From assembly GCF_009914755.1 (NCBI RefSeq), contig NC_060942.1: a stretch of 64,000 nt of DNA. One strand, written 5' to 3'. The first letter of the stretch is position 1. The number at the start of each line of letters is the position of its first letter. The position numbers and the translations under genes were made by a program. Source of the stretch: the human T2T-CHM13v2.0 reference genome, Homo sapiens. The notes under the pieces were generated by a model. That model was not told the origin of the DNA, did not search any database, and worked only from the letters and a program-made list of their open reading frames with translations. Positions 36,201 through 50,350 of this stretch are shown here, piece after piece.

Positions 36201-39200
36201 CTGCAAGTGGCTATTTGGCTAGATTTGAGGATTTCGTTGGAAACGGGATTACATATAAAAAGCAGACAGCAGCATTCTCAGAAAGTTCTTTGTGATGATT
36301 GCATTCAAGTCACAGAATTGAACATTCCCTTTCACAGAGCAGGTTTGAAACACTCTTTTTGTAGTGTGTGTAAGTGGACATTTGGAGCACTTTCCGGCCT
36401 AAGGTGAAAAAGGAAATATCTTCCCATAAAAACTAGACAGAAGCACTCTCAGAAACTTACTCGTGATGTGCGTCCTCAACTAAAGGAGTAGAACCTTTCT
36501 TTTCATAGAGAAGTTTTGAAACGCTCTTTTTGTGGAATCTGCAAGTGGATATTTGGCTAGTTTGGAGGATTTCGTTGGAAGCGGGAATTCATACAAATTG
36601 CAGACTGCAGCGTTCTGAGAAACATCTTTGTGATGTTTGTATTCAGGACACAGAGTTGAACATTCCCTATCATAGAGCAGGTTTGAATCACTCCTTTTGT
36701 AGTATCCGGAAGTGGACATTTGGAGCGCTTTCAGGCCTATGTTGGAAAAGGAAATATCTTCCCATAACAACTAGACAGAAGCATTCTCAGAAACTTATTT
36801 GAGATGTGTGTACTCAACTAAGAGAATTGAACCACCGTTTTGAAGGAGCAGTTTTGAAACACTCTTTTTCTGGAATCTGCAAGTGGATATTTGGCTAGCT
36901 TTGGGGATTTCGCTGGAAGCGGGAATACATATAAAAAGCACACAGCAGCGTTCTGAGAAACTGCTTTCTGATGTTTGCATTCAAGTCAAAAGTTGAACAC
37001 TCCCTTTCATAGTGCAGTCCTGAAACACTCCTTTTGTAGTATCTGGAACTGGACTTTTGGAGCGCTTTCAGGGCTAAGGTGAAAAAGGAAATATCTTCCC
37101 ATAAAAACTGGACAGAAGCATTCTCAGAAACTTGTTTATGCTGTATCTACTCAACTAACAAAGTTGAACCTTTCTTTTGATAGAGCAGTTTTGAAATGCT
37201 CTTTTTGTGGAATCTGCAAGTGGATATTTGGCTAGTTTTGAGGATTTCGTTGGAAGCGGGAATTCATACAAATTGCAGACTGCAGCGTTCTGAGAAACAT
37301 CTTTGTGATGTTTGTATTCAGGACACAGAGTTGAACATTCCCTATCATAGAGCAGGTTGGAATCACTCCTTTTGTAGTATCTGGAAGTGGACATTTGGAG
37401 CGCTTTCAGGCCTATGTTGAAAAAGGAAATATCTTCCCATAACAACTAGACACAAGCATTCTCAGAAACTTGTTTGTGATGTGTGCCCTCTACTGACAGA
37501 GTTGAACCTTTCTTTTCATAGAGCAGTTTTGAAACACTCTTTTTGTAGAATCTGCAAGAGGATATTTGCATAGCTTTGAGGATTTCGTGGGAAACGGGAT
37601 TGTCTTCAGGTAAAATCTAGACAGAAGCATTCTCAGAAACTTCTTTGGGATGTTTGCATTCAAGTCACAGAGTAGAACATTCCCTTTGGTAGAGCAGGTT
37701 TGAAACACTCTTTTTGTAGTATCTGGAAGTGGACATTTGGAGCGCTTTCAGGCCTATGTTGGAAAGGGAAATATCTTCCCGTAACAACTAGGCAGAAGCA
37801 TTCTCAGAAACTTATTTGAGATGTGTGTACTCAACTAAGAGAATTGAACCACCGTTTTGAAGGAGCAGTTTTGAAACACTCTTTTTCTGGAATCTGCAAG
37901 AGGATATTTGCCTAGCCTTGAGGATTTCGTTGGAAACGGGATTGTCTTCAGATCAAATCTAGACAGAAGCATTCTCAGAAACTTCTTTGGGATGTTTGCA
38001 TTCAAGTCACAGAGTAGAACATTCCCTTTGGTAGAGCAGGTTTGAAACACTCTTTTTTTAGTATATGGAAGTGGACATTTGGAGCGCTTTCAGGCCTACG
38101 TTGGAAAAGGAAATATCTTCCCATAACAACTAGACAGAAGCATTCTCAGAAACTAGTTTCTGATGTGTGTCCTCAACTAACACAGTTGAACATTTCTTTA
38201 GACAGAACAGTTTTGAAACACTCTTTTTGTGGAATCTGCAAGTGGCTATTTGGCTAGATTTGAGGATTTCGTTGGAAACGGGATTACATATAAAAAGCAG
38301 ACAGCAGCATTCTCAGAAAGTTCTTTGTGATGATTGCATTCAAGTCACAGAATTGAACACTCCCTTTCACAGAGCAGGTTTGAAACACTCTTTTTGTAGT
38401 GTGTGTAAGTGGACATTTGGAGCACTTTCCGGCCTAAGGTGAAAAAGGAAATATCTTCCCATAAAAACTAGACAGAAGCACTCTCAGAAACTTACTCGTG
38501 ATGTGTGTCCTCAACTAAAGGAGTAGAACCTTTCTTTTCATAGAGAAGTTTTGAAACGCTCTTTTTGTGGAATCTGCAAGTGGATATTTGGCTAGTTTTG
38601 AGGATTTCGTTGGAAGCGGGAATTCATACAAATTGCAGACTGCAGCGTTCTGAGAAACATCTTTGTGATGTTTGTATTCAGGACACAGAGTTGAACATTC
38701 CCTATCATAGAGCAGGTTTGAATCACTCCTTTTGTAGTATCTGGAAGTGGACATTTGGAGCGCTTTCAGGCCTATGTTGGAAAAGGAAATATCTTCCCAT
38801 AACAACTAGACAGAAGCATTCTCAGAAACTTATTTGAGATGTGTGTACTCAACTAAGAGAATTGAACCACCGTTTTGAAGGAGCAGTTTTGAAACACTCT
38901 TTTTCTGGATTCTGCAAGTGGATATTTGGCTAGCTTTGGGGATTTCGCTGGAAGCGGGAATACATATAAAAAGCACACAGCAGCGTTCTGAGAAACTGCT
39001 TTCTGATGTTTGCATTCAAGTCAAAAGTTGAACACTCCCTTTCATAGTGCAGTCCTGAAACACTCCTTTTGTAGTATCTGGAACTGGACTTTTGGAGCGC
39101 TTTCAGGGCTAAGGTGAAAAAGGAAATATCTTCCCATAAAAACTGGACAGAAGCATTCTCAGAAACTTGTTTATGCTGTATCTACTCAACTAACAAAGTT

Positions 39201-39491
39201 GAACCTTTCTTTTGATAGAGCAGTTTTGAAATGCTCTTTTTGTGGAATCTGCAAGTGGATATTTGGCTAGTTTTGAGGATTTCGTTGGAAGCGGGAATTC
39301 ATACAAATTGCAGACTGCAGGATTCTGAGAAACATCTTTGTGATGTTTGTATTCAGGACAGAGAGTTGAACATTCCCTATCATAGAGCAGGTTGGAATCA
39401 CTCCTTTTGTAGTATCTGGAAGTGGACATTTGGAGCGCTTTCAGGCCTATGTTGAAAAAGGAAATATCTTCCCATAACAACTAGACACAAG

Positions 39492-40851
39492 CATTCTCAG
39501 AAACTTGTTTGTGATGTGTGCCCTCTACTGACAGAGTTGAACCTTTCTTTTCATAGAGCAGTTTTGAAACACTCTTTTTGTAGAATCTGCAAGAGGATAT
39601 TTGCATAGCTTTGAGGATTTCGTGGGAAACGGGATTGTCTTCAGGTAAAATCTAGACAGAAGCATTCTCAGAAACTTCTTTGGGATGTTTGCATTCAAGT
39701 CACAGAGTAGAACATTCCCTTTGGTAGAGCAGGTTTGAAACACTCTTTTTGTAGTATCTGGAAGTGGACATTTGGAGCGCTTTCAGGCCTATGTTGGAAA
39801 GGGAAATATCTTCCCGTAACAACTAGGCAGAAGCATTCTCAGAAACTTATTTGAGATGTGTGTACTCAACTAAGAGAATTGAACCACCGTTTTGAAGGAG
39901 CAGTTTTGAAACACTCTTTTTCTGGAATCTGCAAGAGGATATTTGCCTAGCCTTGAGGATTTCGTTGGAAACGGGATTGTCTTCAGATCAAATCTAGACA
40001 GAAGCATTCTCAGAAACTTCTTTGGGATGTTTGCATTCAAGTCACAGAGTAGAACATTCCCTTTGGTAGAGCAGGTTTGAAACACTCTTTTTTTAGTATA
40101 TGGAAGTGGACATTTGGAGCGCTTTCAGGCCTACGTTGGAAAAGGAAATATCTTCCCATAACAACTAGACAGAAGCATTCTCAGAAACTAGTTTCTGATG
40201 TGTGTCCTCAACTAACACAGTTGAATATTTCTTTAGACAGAACAGTTTTGAAACTCTCTTTTTGTGGAATCTGCAAGTGGCTATTTGGCTAGATTTGAGG
40301 ATTTCGTTGGAAACGGGATTACATATAAAAAGCAGACAGCAGCATTCTCAGAAAGTTCTTTGTGATGATTGCATTCAAGTCACAGAATTGAACATTCCCT
40401 TTCACAGAGCAGGTTTGAAACACTCTTTTTATAGTGTGTGTAAGTGGACATTTGGAGCACTTTCCGGCCTAAGGTGAAAAAGGAAATATCTTCCCATAAA
40501 AACTAGACAGAAGCATTCTCAGAAACTTACTCGTGATGTGTGTCCTCAACTAAAGGAGTAGAACCTTTCTTTTCATAGAGAAGTTTTGAAACGCTCTTTT
40601 TGTGGAATCTGCAAGTGGATATTTGGCTAGTTTTGAGGATTTCGTTGGAAGCGGGAATTCATACAAATTGCAGACTGCAGCGTTCTGAGAAACATCTTTG
40701 TGATGTTTGTATTCAGGACACAGAGTTGAACATTCCCTATCATAGAGCAGGTTGGAATCACTCCTTTTGTAGTATCTGGAAGTGGACATTTGGAGCGCTT
40801 TCTGGCCTATGTTGAAAAAGGAAATATCTTCCCATAACAACTAGACACAAG
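39492..40851 (+). repeat. 8-mer HOR structural variant U20
   Basis: Unit spacing is 1360 bp. It shares the marker TTGAATATT (40226) with the other 8-mers. Confidence 0.95.
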
Positions 40852-43800
40852 CATTCTCAGAAACTTGTTTGTGATGTGTGCCCTCTACTGACAGAGTTGA
40901 ACCTTTCTTTTCATAGAGCAGTTTTGAAACACTCTTTTTGTAGAATCTGCAAGAGGATATTTGCATAGCTTTGAGGATTTCGTGGGAAACGGGATTGTCT
41001 TCAGGTAAAATCTAGACAGAAGCATTCTCAGAAACTTCTTTGGGATGTTTGCATTCAAGTCACAGAGTAGAACATTCCCTTTGGTAGAGCAGGTTTGAAA
41101 CACTCTTTTTGTAGTATCTGGAAGTGGACATTTGGAGCGCTTTCAGGCCTATGTTGGAAAGGGAAATATCTTCCCGTAACAACTAGGCAGAAGCATTCTC
41201 AGAAACTTATTTGAGATGTGTGTACTCAACTAAGAGAATTGAACCACCGTTTTGAAGGAGCAGTTTTGAAACACTCTTTTTCTGGAATCTGCAAGAGGAT
41301 ATTTGCCTAGCCTTGAGGATTTCGTTGGAAACGGGATTGTCTTCAGATCAAATCTAGACAGAAGCATTCTCAGAAACTTCTTTGGGATGTTTGCATTCAA
41401 GTCACAGAGTAGAACATTCCCTTTGGTAGAGCAGGTTTGAAACACTCTTTTTTTAGTATATGGAAGTGGACATTTGGAGCGCTTTCAGGCCTACGTTGGA
41501 AAAGGAAATATCTTCCCATAACAACTAGACAGAAGCATTCTCAGAAACTAGTTTCTGATGTGTGTCCTCAACTAACACAGTTGAACATTTCTTTAGACAG
41601 AACAGTTTTGAAACACTCTTTTTGTGGAATCTGCAAGTGGCTATTTGGCTAGATTTGAGGATTTCGTTGGAAACGGGATTACATATAAAAAGCAGACAGC
41701 AGCATTCTCAGAAAGTTCTTTGTGATGATTGCATTCAAGTCACAGAATTGAACATTCCCTTTCACAGAGCAGGTTTGAAACACTCTTTTTGTAGTGTTTG
41801 TAAGTGGACATTTGGAGCACTTTCCGGCCTAAGGTGAAAAAGGAAATATCTTCCCATAAAAACTAGACAGAAGCACTCTCAGAAACTTACTCGTGATGTG
41901 TGTCCTCAACTAAAGGAGTAGAACCTTTCTTTTCATAGAGAAGTTTTGAAACGCTCTTTTTGTGGAATCTGCAAGTGGATATTTGGCTAGTTTGGAGGAT
42001 TTCGTTGGAAGCGGGAATTCATACAAATTGCAGACTGCAGCGTTCTGAGAAACATCTTTGTGATGTTTGTATTCAGGACACAGAGTTGAACATTCCCTAT
42101 CATAGAGCAGGTTTGAATCACTCCTTTTGTAGTATCTGGAAGTGGACATTTGGAGCGCTTTCAGGCCTATGTTGGAAAAGGAAATATCTTCCCATAACAA
42201 CTAGACAGAAGCATTCTCAGAAACTTATTTGAGATGTGTGTACTCAACTAAGAGAATTGAACCACCGTTTTGAAGGAGCAGTTTTGAAACACTCTTTTTC
42301 TGGAATCTGCAAGTGGATATTTGGCTAGCTTTGGGGATTTCGCTGGAAGCGGGAATACATATAAAAAGCACACAGCAGCGTTCTGAGAAACTGCTTTCTG
42401 ATGTTTGCATTCAAGTCAAAAGTTGAACACTCCCTTTCATAGTGCAGTCCTGAAACACTCCTTTTGTAGTATCTGGAACTGGACTTTTGGAGCGCTTTCA
42501 GGGCTAAGGTGAAAAAGGAAATATCTTCCCATAAAAACTGGACAGAAGCATTCTCAGAAACTTGTTTATGCTGTATCTACTCAACTAACAAAGTTGAACC
42601 TTTCTTTTGATAGAGCAGTTTTGAAATGCTCTTTTTGTGGAATCTGCAAGTGGATATTTGGCTAGTTTTGAGGATTTCGTTGGAAGCGGGAATTCATACA
42701 AATTGCAGACTGCAGCGTTCTGAGAAACATCTTTGTGATGTTTGTATTCAGGACAGAGAGTTGAACATTCCCTATCATAGAGCAGGTTGGAATCACTCCT
42801 TTTGTAGTATCTGGAAGTGGACATTTGGAGCGCTTTCAGGCCTATGTTGAAAAAGGAAATATCTTCCCATAACAACTAGACACAAGCATTCTCAGAAACT
42901 TGTTTGTGATGTGTGCCCTCTACTGACAGAGTTGAACCTTTCTTTTCATAGAGCAGTTTTGAAACACTCTTTTTGTAGAATCTGCAAGAGGATATTTGCA
43001 TAGCTTTGAGGATTTCGTGGGAAACGGGATTGTCTTCAGGTAAAATCTAGACAGAAGCATTCTCAGAAACTTCTTTGGGATGTTTGCATTCAAGTCACAG
43101 AGTAGAACATTCCCTTTGGTAGAGCAGGTTTGAAACACTCTTTTTGTAGTATCTGGAAGTGGACATTTGGAGCGCTTTCAGGCCTATGTTGGAAAGGGAA
43201 ATATCTTCCCGTAACAACTAGGCAGAAGCATTCTCAGAAACTTATTTGAGATGTGTGTACTCAACTAAGAGAATTGAACCACCGTTTTGAAGGAGCAGTT
43301 TTGAAACACTCTTTTTCTGGAATCTGCAAGAGGATATTTGCCTAGCCTTGAGGATTTCGTTGGAAACGGGATTGTCTTCAGATCAAATCTAGACAGAAGC
43401 ATTCTCAGAAACTTCTTTGGGATGTTTGCATTCAAGTCACAGAGTAGAACATTCCCTTTGGTAGAGCAGGTTTGAAACACTCTTTTTTTAGTATATGGAA
43501 GTGGACATTTGGAGCGCTTTCAGGCCTACGTTGGAAAAGGAAATATCTTCCCATAACAACTAGACAGAAGCATTCTCAGAAACTAGTTTCTGATGTGTGT
43601 CCTCAACTAACACAGTTGAACATTTCTTTAGACAGAACAGTTTTGAAACTCTCTTTTTGTGGAATCTGCAAGTGGCTATTTGGCTAGATTTGAGGATTTC
43701 GTTGGAAACGGGATTACATATAAAAAGCAGACAGCAGCATTCTCAGAAAGTTCTTTGTGATGATTGCATTCAAGTCACAGAATTGAACATTCCCTTTCAC

Positions 43801-46800
43801 AGAGCAGGTTTGAAACACTCTTTTTATAGTGTGTGTAAGTGGACATTTGGAGCACTTTCCGGCCTAAGGTGAAAAAGGAAATATCTTCCCATAAAAACTA
43901 GACAGAAGCATTCTCAGAAACTTACTCGTGATGTGTGTCCTCAACTAAAGGAGTAGAACCTTTCTTTTCATAGAGAAGTTTTGAAACGCTCTTTTTGTGG
44001 AATCTGCAAGTGGATATTTGGCTAGTTTGGAGGATTTCGTTGGAAGCGGGAATTCATACAAATTGCAGACTGCAGCGTTCTGAGAAACATCTTTGTGATG
44101 TTTGTATTCAGGACACAGAGTTGAACATTCCCTATCATAGAGCAGGTTGGAATCACTCCTTTTGTAGTATCTGGAAGTGGACATTTGGAGCGCTTTCAGG
44201 CCTATGTTGGAAAAGGAAATATCTTCCCATAACAACTAGACAGAAGCATTCTCAGAAACTTATTTGAGATGTGTGTACTCAACTAAGAGAATTGAACCAC
44301 CGTTTTGAAGGAGCAGTTTTGAAACACTCTTTTTCTGGAATCTGCAAGTGGATATTTGGCTAGCTTTGGGGATTTCGCTGGAGGCGGGAATACATATAAA
44401 AAGCACACAGCAGCGTTCTGAGAAACTGCTTTCTGATGTTTGCATTCAAGTCAAAAGTTGAACACTCCCTTTCATAGAGCAGTCCTGAAACACTCCTTTT
44501 GTAGTGTCTGGAACTGGACTTTTGGAGCGCTTTCAGGGCTAAGGTGAAAAAGGAAATATCTTCCCATAAAAACTGGACAGAAGCATTCTCAGAAACTTGT
44601 TTATGCTGTATCTACTCAACTAACAAAGTTGAACCTTTCTTTTGATAGAGCAGTTTTGAAATGCTCTTTTTGTGGAATCTGCAAGTGGATATTTGGCTAG
44701 TTTTGAGGATTTCGTTGGAAGCGGGAATTCATACAAATTGCAGACTGCAGCGTTCTGAGAAACATCTTTGTGATGTTTGTATTCAGGACAGAGAGTTGAA
44801 CATTCCCTATCATAGAGCAGGTTGGAATCACTCCTTTTGTAGTATCTGGAAGTGGACATTTGGAGCGCTTTCTGGCCTATGTTGAAAAAGGAAATATCTT
44901 CCCATAACAACTAGACACAAGCATTCTCAGAAACTTGTTTGTGATGTGTGCCCTCTACTGACAGAGTTGAACCTTTCTTTTCATAGAGCAGTTTTGAAAC
45001 ACTCTTTTTGTAGAATCTGCAAGAGGATTTTTGCATAGCTTTGAGGATTTCGTGGGAAACGGGATTGTCTTCAGGTAAAATCTAGACAGAAGCATTCTCA
45101 GAAACTTCTTTAGGATGTTTGCATTCAAGTCACAGAGTAGAACATTCCCTTTGGTAGAGCAGGTTTGAAACACTCTTTTTGTAGTATCTGGAAGTGGACA
45201 TTTGGAGCGCTTTCAGGCCTATGTTGGAAAGGGAAATATCTTCCGGTAACAACTAGGCAGAAGCATTCTCAGAAACTTATTTGAGATGTGTGTACTCAAC
45301 TAAGAGAATTGAACCACCGTTTTGAAGGAGCAGTTTTGAAACACTCTTTTTCTGGAATCTGCAAGAGGATATTTGCCTAGCTTTGAGGATTTCGTTGGAA
45401 ACGGGATTGTGTTCAGATCAAATCTAGACAGAAGCATTCTCAGAAACTTCTTTGGGATGTTTGCATTCAAGTCACAGAGTAGAACATTCCCTTTGGTAGA
45501 GCAGGTGTGAAACACTCTTTTTTTAGTATATGGAAGTGGACATTTGGAGCGCTTTCAGGCCTACGTTGGAAAAGGAAATATCTTCCCATAACAACTAGAC
45601 AGAAGCATTCTCAGAAACTAGTTTCTGATGTGTGTCCTCAACTAACACAGTTGAACATTTCTTTAGACAGAACAGTTTTGAAACTCTCTTTTTGTGGAAT
45701 CTGCAAGTGGCTATTTGGCTAGATTTGAGGATTTCGTTGGAAACGGGATTACATATAAAAAGCAGACAGCAGCATTCTCAGAAAGTTCTTTGTGATGATT
45801 GCATTCAAGTCACAGAATTGAACATTCCCTTTCACAGAGCAGGTTTGAAACACTCTTTTTGTAGTGTGTGTAAGTGGACATTTGGAGCACTTTCCGGCCT
45901 AAGGTGAGAAAGGAAATATCTTCCCATAAAAACTAGACAGAAGCATTCTCAGAAACTTACTCGTGATGTGTGTCCTCAACTAAAGGAGTAGAACCTTTCT
46001 TTCATAGAGAAGTTTTGAAACGCTCTTTTTGTGGAATCTGCAAGTGGATATTTGGCTAGTTTGGAGGATTTCGTTGGAAGCGGGAATTCATACAAATTGC
46101 AGACTGCAGCGTTCTGAGAAACATCTTTGTGATGTTTGTATTCAGGACACAGAGTTGAACATTCCCTATCATAGAGCAGGTTGGAATCACTCCTTTTGTA
46201 GTATCTGGAAGTGGACATTTGGAGCGCTTTCAGGCCTATGTTGGAAAAGGAAATATCTTCCCATAACAACTAGACAGAAGCATTCTCAGAAACTTATTTG
46301 AGATGTGTGTATTCAACTAAGAGAATTGAACCACCGTTTTGAAGGAGCAGTTTTGAAACACTCTTTTTCTGGAATCTGCAAGTGGATATTTGGCTAGCTT
46401 TGGGGATTTCGCTGGAGGCGGGAATACATATAAAAAGCACACAGCAGCGTTCTGAGAAACTGCTTTCTGATGTTTGCATTCAAGTCAAAAGTTGAACACT
46501 CCCTTTCATAGAGCAGTCCTGAAACACTCCTTTTGTAGTATCTGGAACTGGACTTTTGGAGCGCTTTCAGGGCTAAGGTGAAAAAGGAAATATCTTCCCA
46601 TAAAAACTGGACAGAAGCATTCTCAGAAACTTGTTTATGCTGTATCTACTCAACTAACAAAGTTGAACCTTTCTTTTGATAGAGGAGTTTTGAAATGCTC
46701 TTTTTGTGGAATCTGCAAGTGGATATTTGGCTAGTTTTGAGGATTTCGTTGGAAGCGGGAATTCATACAAATTGCAGACTGCAGCGTTCTGAGAAACATC

Positions 46801-48990
46801 TTTGTGATGTTTGCATTCAGGACAGAGAGTTGAACATTCCCTATCATAGAGCAGGTTGGAATCACTCCTTTTGTAGTATCTGGAAGTGGACATTTGGAGC
46901 GCTTTCAGGCCTATGTTGAAAAAGGAAATATCTTCCCATAACAACTAGACACAAGCATTCTCAGAAACTTGTTTGTGATGTGTGCCCTCTACTGACAGAG
47001 TTGAACCTTTCTTTTCATAGAGCAGTTTTGAAACACTCTTTTTGTAGAATCTGCAAGAGGATATTTGCATAGCTTTGAGGATTTCGTGGGAAACGGGATT
47101 GTCTTCAGGTAAAATCTAGACAGAAGCATTCTCAGAAACTTCTTTGGGATGTTTGCATTCAAGTCACAGAGTAGAACATTCCCTTTGGTAGAGCAGGTTT
47201 GAAACACTCTTTTTGTAGTATCTGGAAGTGGACATTTGGAGCGCTTTCAGGCCTATGTTGGAAAGGGAAATATCTTCCCGTAACAACTAGGCAGAAGCAT
47301 TCTCAGAAACTTATTTGAGATGTGTGTACTCAACTAAGAGAATTGAACCACCGTTTTGAAGGAGCAGTTTTGAAACACTCTTTTTCTGGAATCTGCAAGA
47401 GGATATTTGCCTAGCCTTGAGGATTTCGTTGGAAACGGGATTGTCTTCAGATCAAATCTAGACAGAAGCATTCTCAGAAACTTCTTTGGGATGTTTGCAT
47501 TCAAGTCACAGAGTAGAACATTCCCTTTGGTAGAGCAGGTTTGAAACACTCTTTTTTTAGTATATGGAAGTGGACATTTGGAGCGCTTTCAGGCCTACGT
47601 TGGAAAAGGAAATATCTTCCCATAACAACTAGACAGAAGCATTCTCAGAAACTAGTTTCTGATGTGTGTCCTCAACTAACACAGTTGAACATTTCTTTAG
47701 ACAGAACAGTTTTGAAACACTCTTTTTGTGGAATCTGCAAGTGGCTATTTGGCTAGATTTGAGGATTTCGTTGGAAACGGGATTACATATAAAAAGCAGA
47801 CAGCAGCATTCTCAGAAAGTTCTTTGTGATGATTGCATTCAAGTCACAGAATTGAACACTCCCTTTCACAGAGCAGGTTTGAAACACTCTTTTTGTAGTG
47901 TGTGTAAGTGGACATTTGGAGCACTTTCCGGCCTAAGGTGAAAAAGGAAATATCTTCCCATAAAAACTAGACAGAAGCACTCTCAGAAACTTACTCGTGA
48001 TGTGTGTCCTCAACTAAAGGAGTAGAACCTTTCTTTTCATAGAGAAGTTTTGAAACGCTCTTTTTGTGGAATCTGCAAGTGGATATTTGGCTAGTTTTGA
48101 GGATTTCGTTGGAAGCGGGAATTCATACAAATTGCAGACTGCAGCGTTCTGAGAAACATCTTTGTGATGTTTGTATTCAGGACACAGAGTTGAACATTCC
48201 CTATCATAGAGCAGGTTTGAATCACTCCTTTTGTAGTATCTGGAAGTGGACATTTGGAGCGCTTTCAGGCCTATGTTGGAAAAGGAAATATCTTCCCATA
48301 ACAACTAGACAGAAGCATTCTCAGAAACTTATTTGAGATGTGTGTACTCAACTAAGAGAATTGAACCACCGTTTTGAAGGAGCAGTTTTGAAACACTCTT
48401 TTTCTGGAATCTGCAAGTGGATATTTGGCTAGCTTTGGGGATTTCGCTGGAAGCGGGAATACATATAAAAAGCACACAGCAGCGTTCTGAGAAACTGCTT
48501 TCTGATGTTTGCATTCAAGTCAAAAGTTGAACACTCCCTTTCATAGTGCAGTCCTGAAACACTCCTTTTGTAGTATCTGGAACTGGACTTTTGGAGCGCT
48601 TTCAGGGCTAAGGTGAAAAAGGAAATATCTTCCCATAAAAACTGGACAGAAGCATTCTCAGAAACTTGTTTATGCTGTATCTACTCAACTAACAAAGTTG
48701 AACCTTTCTTTTGATAGAGCAGTTTTGAAATGCTCTTTTTGTGGAATCTGCAAGTGGATATTTGGCTAGTTTTGAGGATTTCGTTGGAAGCGGGAATTCA
48801 TACAAATTGCAGACTGCAGGATTCTGAGAAACATCTTTGTGATGTTTGTATTCAGGACAGAGAGTTGAACATTCCCTATCATAGAGCAGGTTGGAATCAC
48901 TCCTTTTGTAGTATCTGGAAGTGGACATTTGGAGCGCTTTCAGGCCTATGTTGAAAAAGGAAATATCTTCCCATAACAACTAGACACAAG

Positions 48991-50350
48991 CATTCTCAGA
49001 AACTTGTTTGTGATGTGTGCCCTCTACTGACAGAGTTGAACCTTTCTTTTCATAGAGCAGTTTTGAAACACTCTTTTTGTAGAATCTGCAAGAGGATATT
49101 TGCATAGCTTTGAGGATTTCGTGGGAAACGGGATTGTCTTCAGGTAAAATCTAGACAGAAGCATTCTCAGAAACTTCTTTGGGATGTTTGCATTCAAGTC
49201 ACAGAGTAGAACATTCCCTTTGGTAGAGCAGGTTTGAAACACTCTTTTTGTAGTATCTGGAAGTGGACATTTGGAGCGCTTTCAGGCCTATGTTGGAAAG
49301 GGAAATATCTTCCCGTAACAACTAGGCAGAAGCATTCTCAGAAACTTATTTGAGATGTGTGTACTCAACTAAGAGAATTGAACCACCGTTTTGAAGGAGC
49401 AGTTTTGAAACACTCTTTTTCTGGAATCTGCAAGAGGATATTTGCCTAGCCTTGAGGATTTCGTTGGAAACGGGATTGTCTTCAGATCAAATCTAGACAG
49501 AAGCATTCTCAGAAACTTCTTTGGGATGTTTGCATTCAAGTCACAGAGTAGAACATTCCCTTTGGTAGAGCAGGTTTGAAACACTCTTTTTTTAGTATAT
49601 GGAAGTGGACATTTGGAGCGCTTTCAGGCCTACGTTGGAAAAGGAAATATCTTCCCATAACAACTAGACAGAAGCATTCTCAGAAACTAGTTTCTGATGT
49701 GTGTCCTCAACTAACACAGTTGAATATTTCTTTAGACAGAACAGTTTTGAAACTCTCTTTTTGTGGAATCTGCAAGTGGCTATTTGGCTAGATTTGAGGA
49801 TTTCGTTGGAAACGGGATTACATATAAAAAGCAGACAGCAGCATTCTCAGAAAGTTCTTTGTGATGATTGCATTCAAGTCACAGAATTGAACATTCCCTT
49901 TCACAGAGCAGGTTTGAAACACTCTTTTTATAGTGTGTGTAAGTGGACATTTGGAGCACTTTCCGGCCTAAGGTGAAAAACGAAATATCTTCCCATAAAA
50001 ACTAGACAGAAGCATTCTCAGAAACTTACTCGTGATGTGTGTCCTCAACTAAAGGAGTAGAACCTTTCTTTTCATAGAGAAGTTTTGAAACGCTCTTTTT
50101 GTGGAATCTGCAAGTGGATATTTGGCTAGTTTGGAGGATTTCGTTGGAAGCGGGAATTCATACAAATTGCAGACTGCAGCGTTCTGAGAAACATCTTTGT
50201 GATGTTTGTATTCAGGACACAGAGTTGAACATTCCCTATCATAGAGCAGGTTGGAATCACTCCTTTTGTAGTATCTGGAAGTGGACATTTGGAGCGCTTT
50301 CAGGCCTATGTTGAAAAAGGAAATATCTTCCCATAACAACTAGACACAAG
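48991..50350 (+). repeat. 8-mer HOR structural variant U25
   Basis: Unit spacing is 1360 bp. It shares the marker TTGAATATT (49725). Confidence 0.95.
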
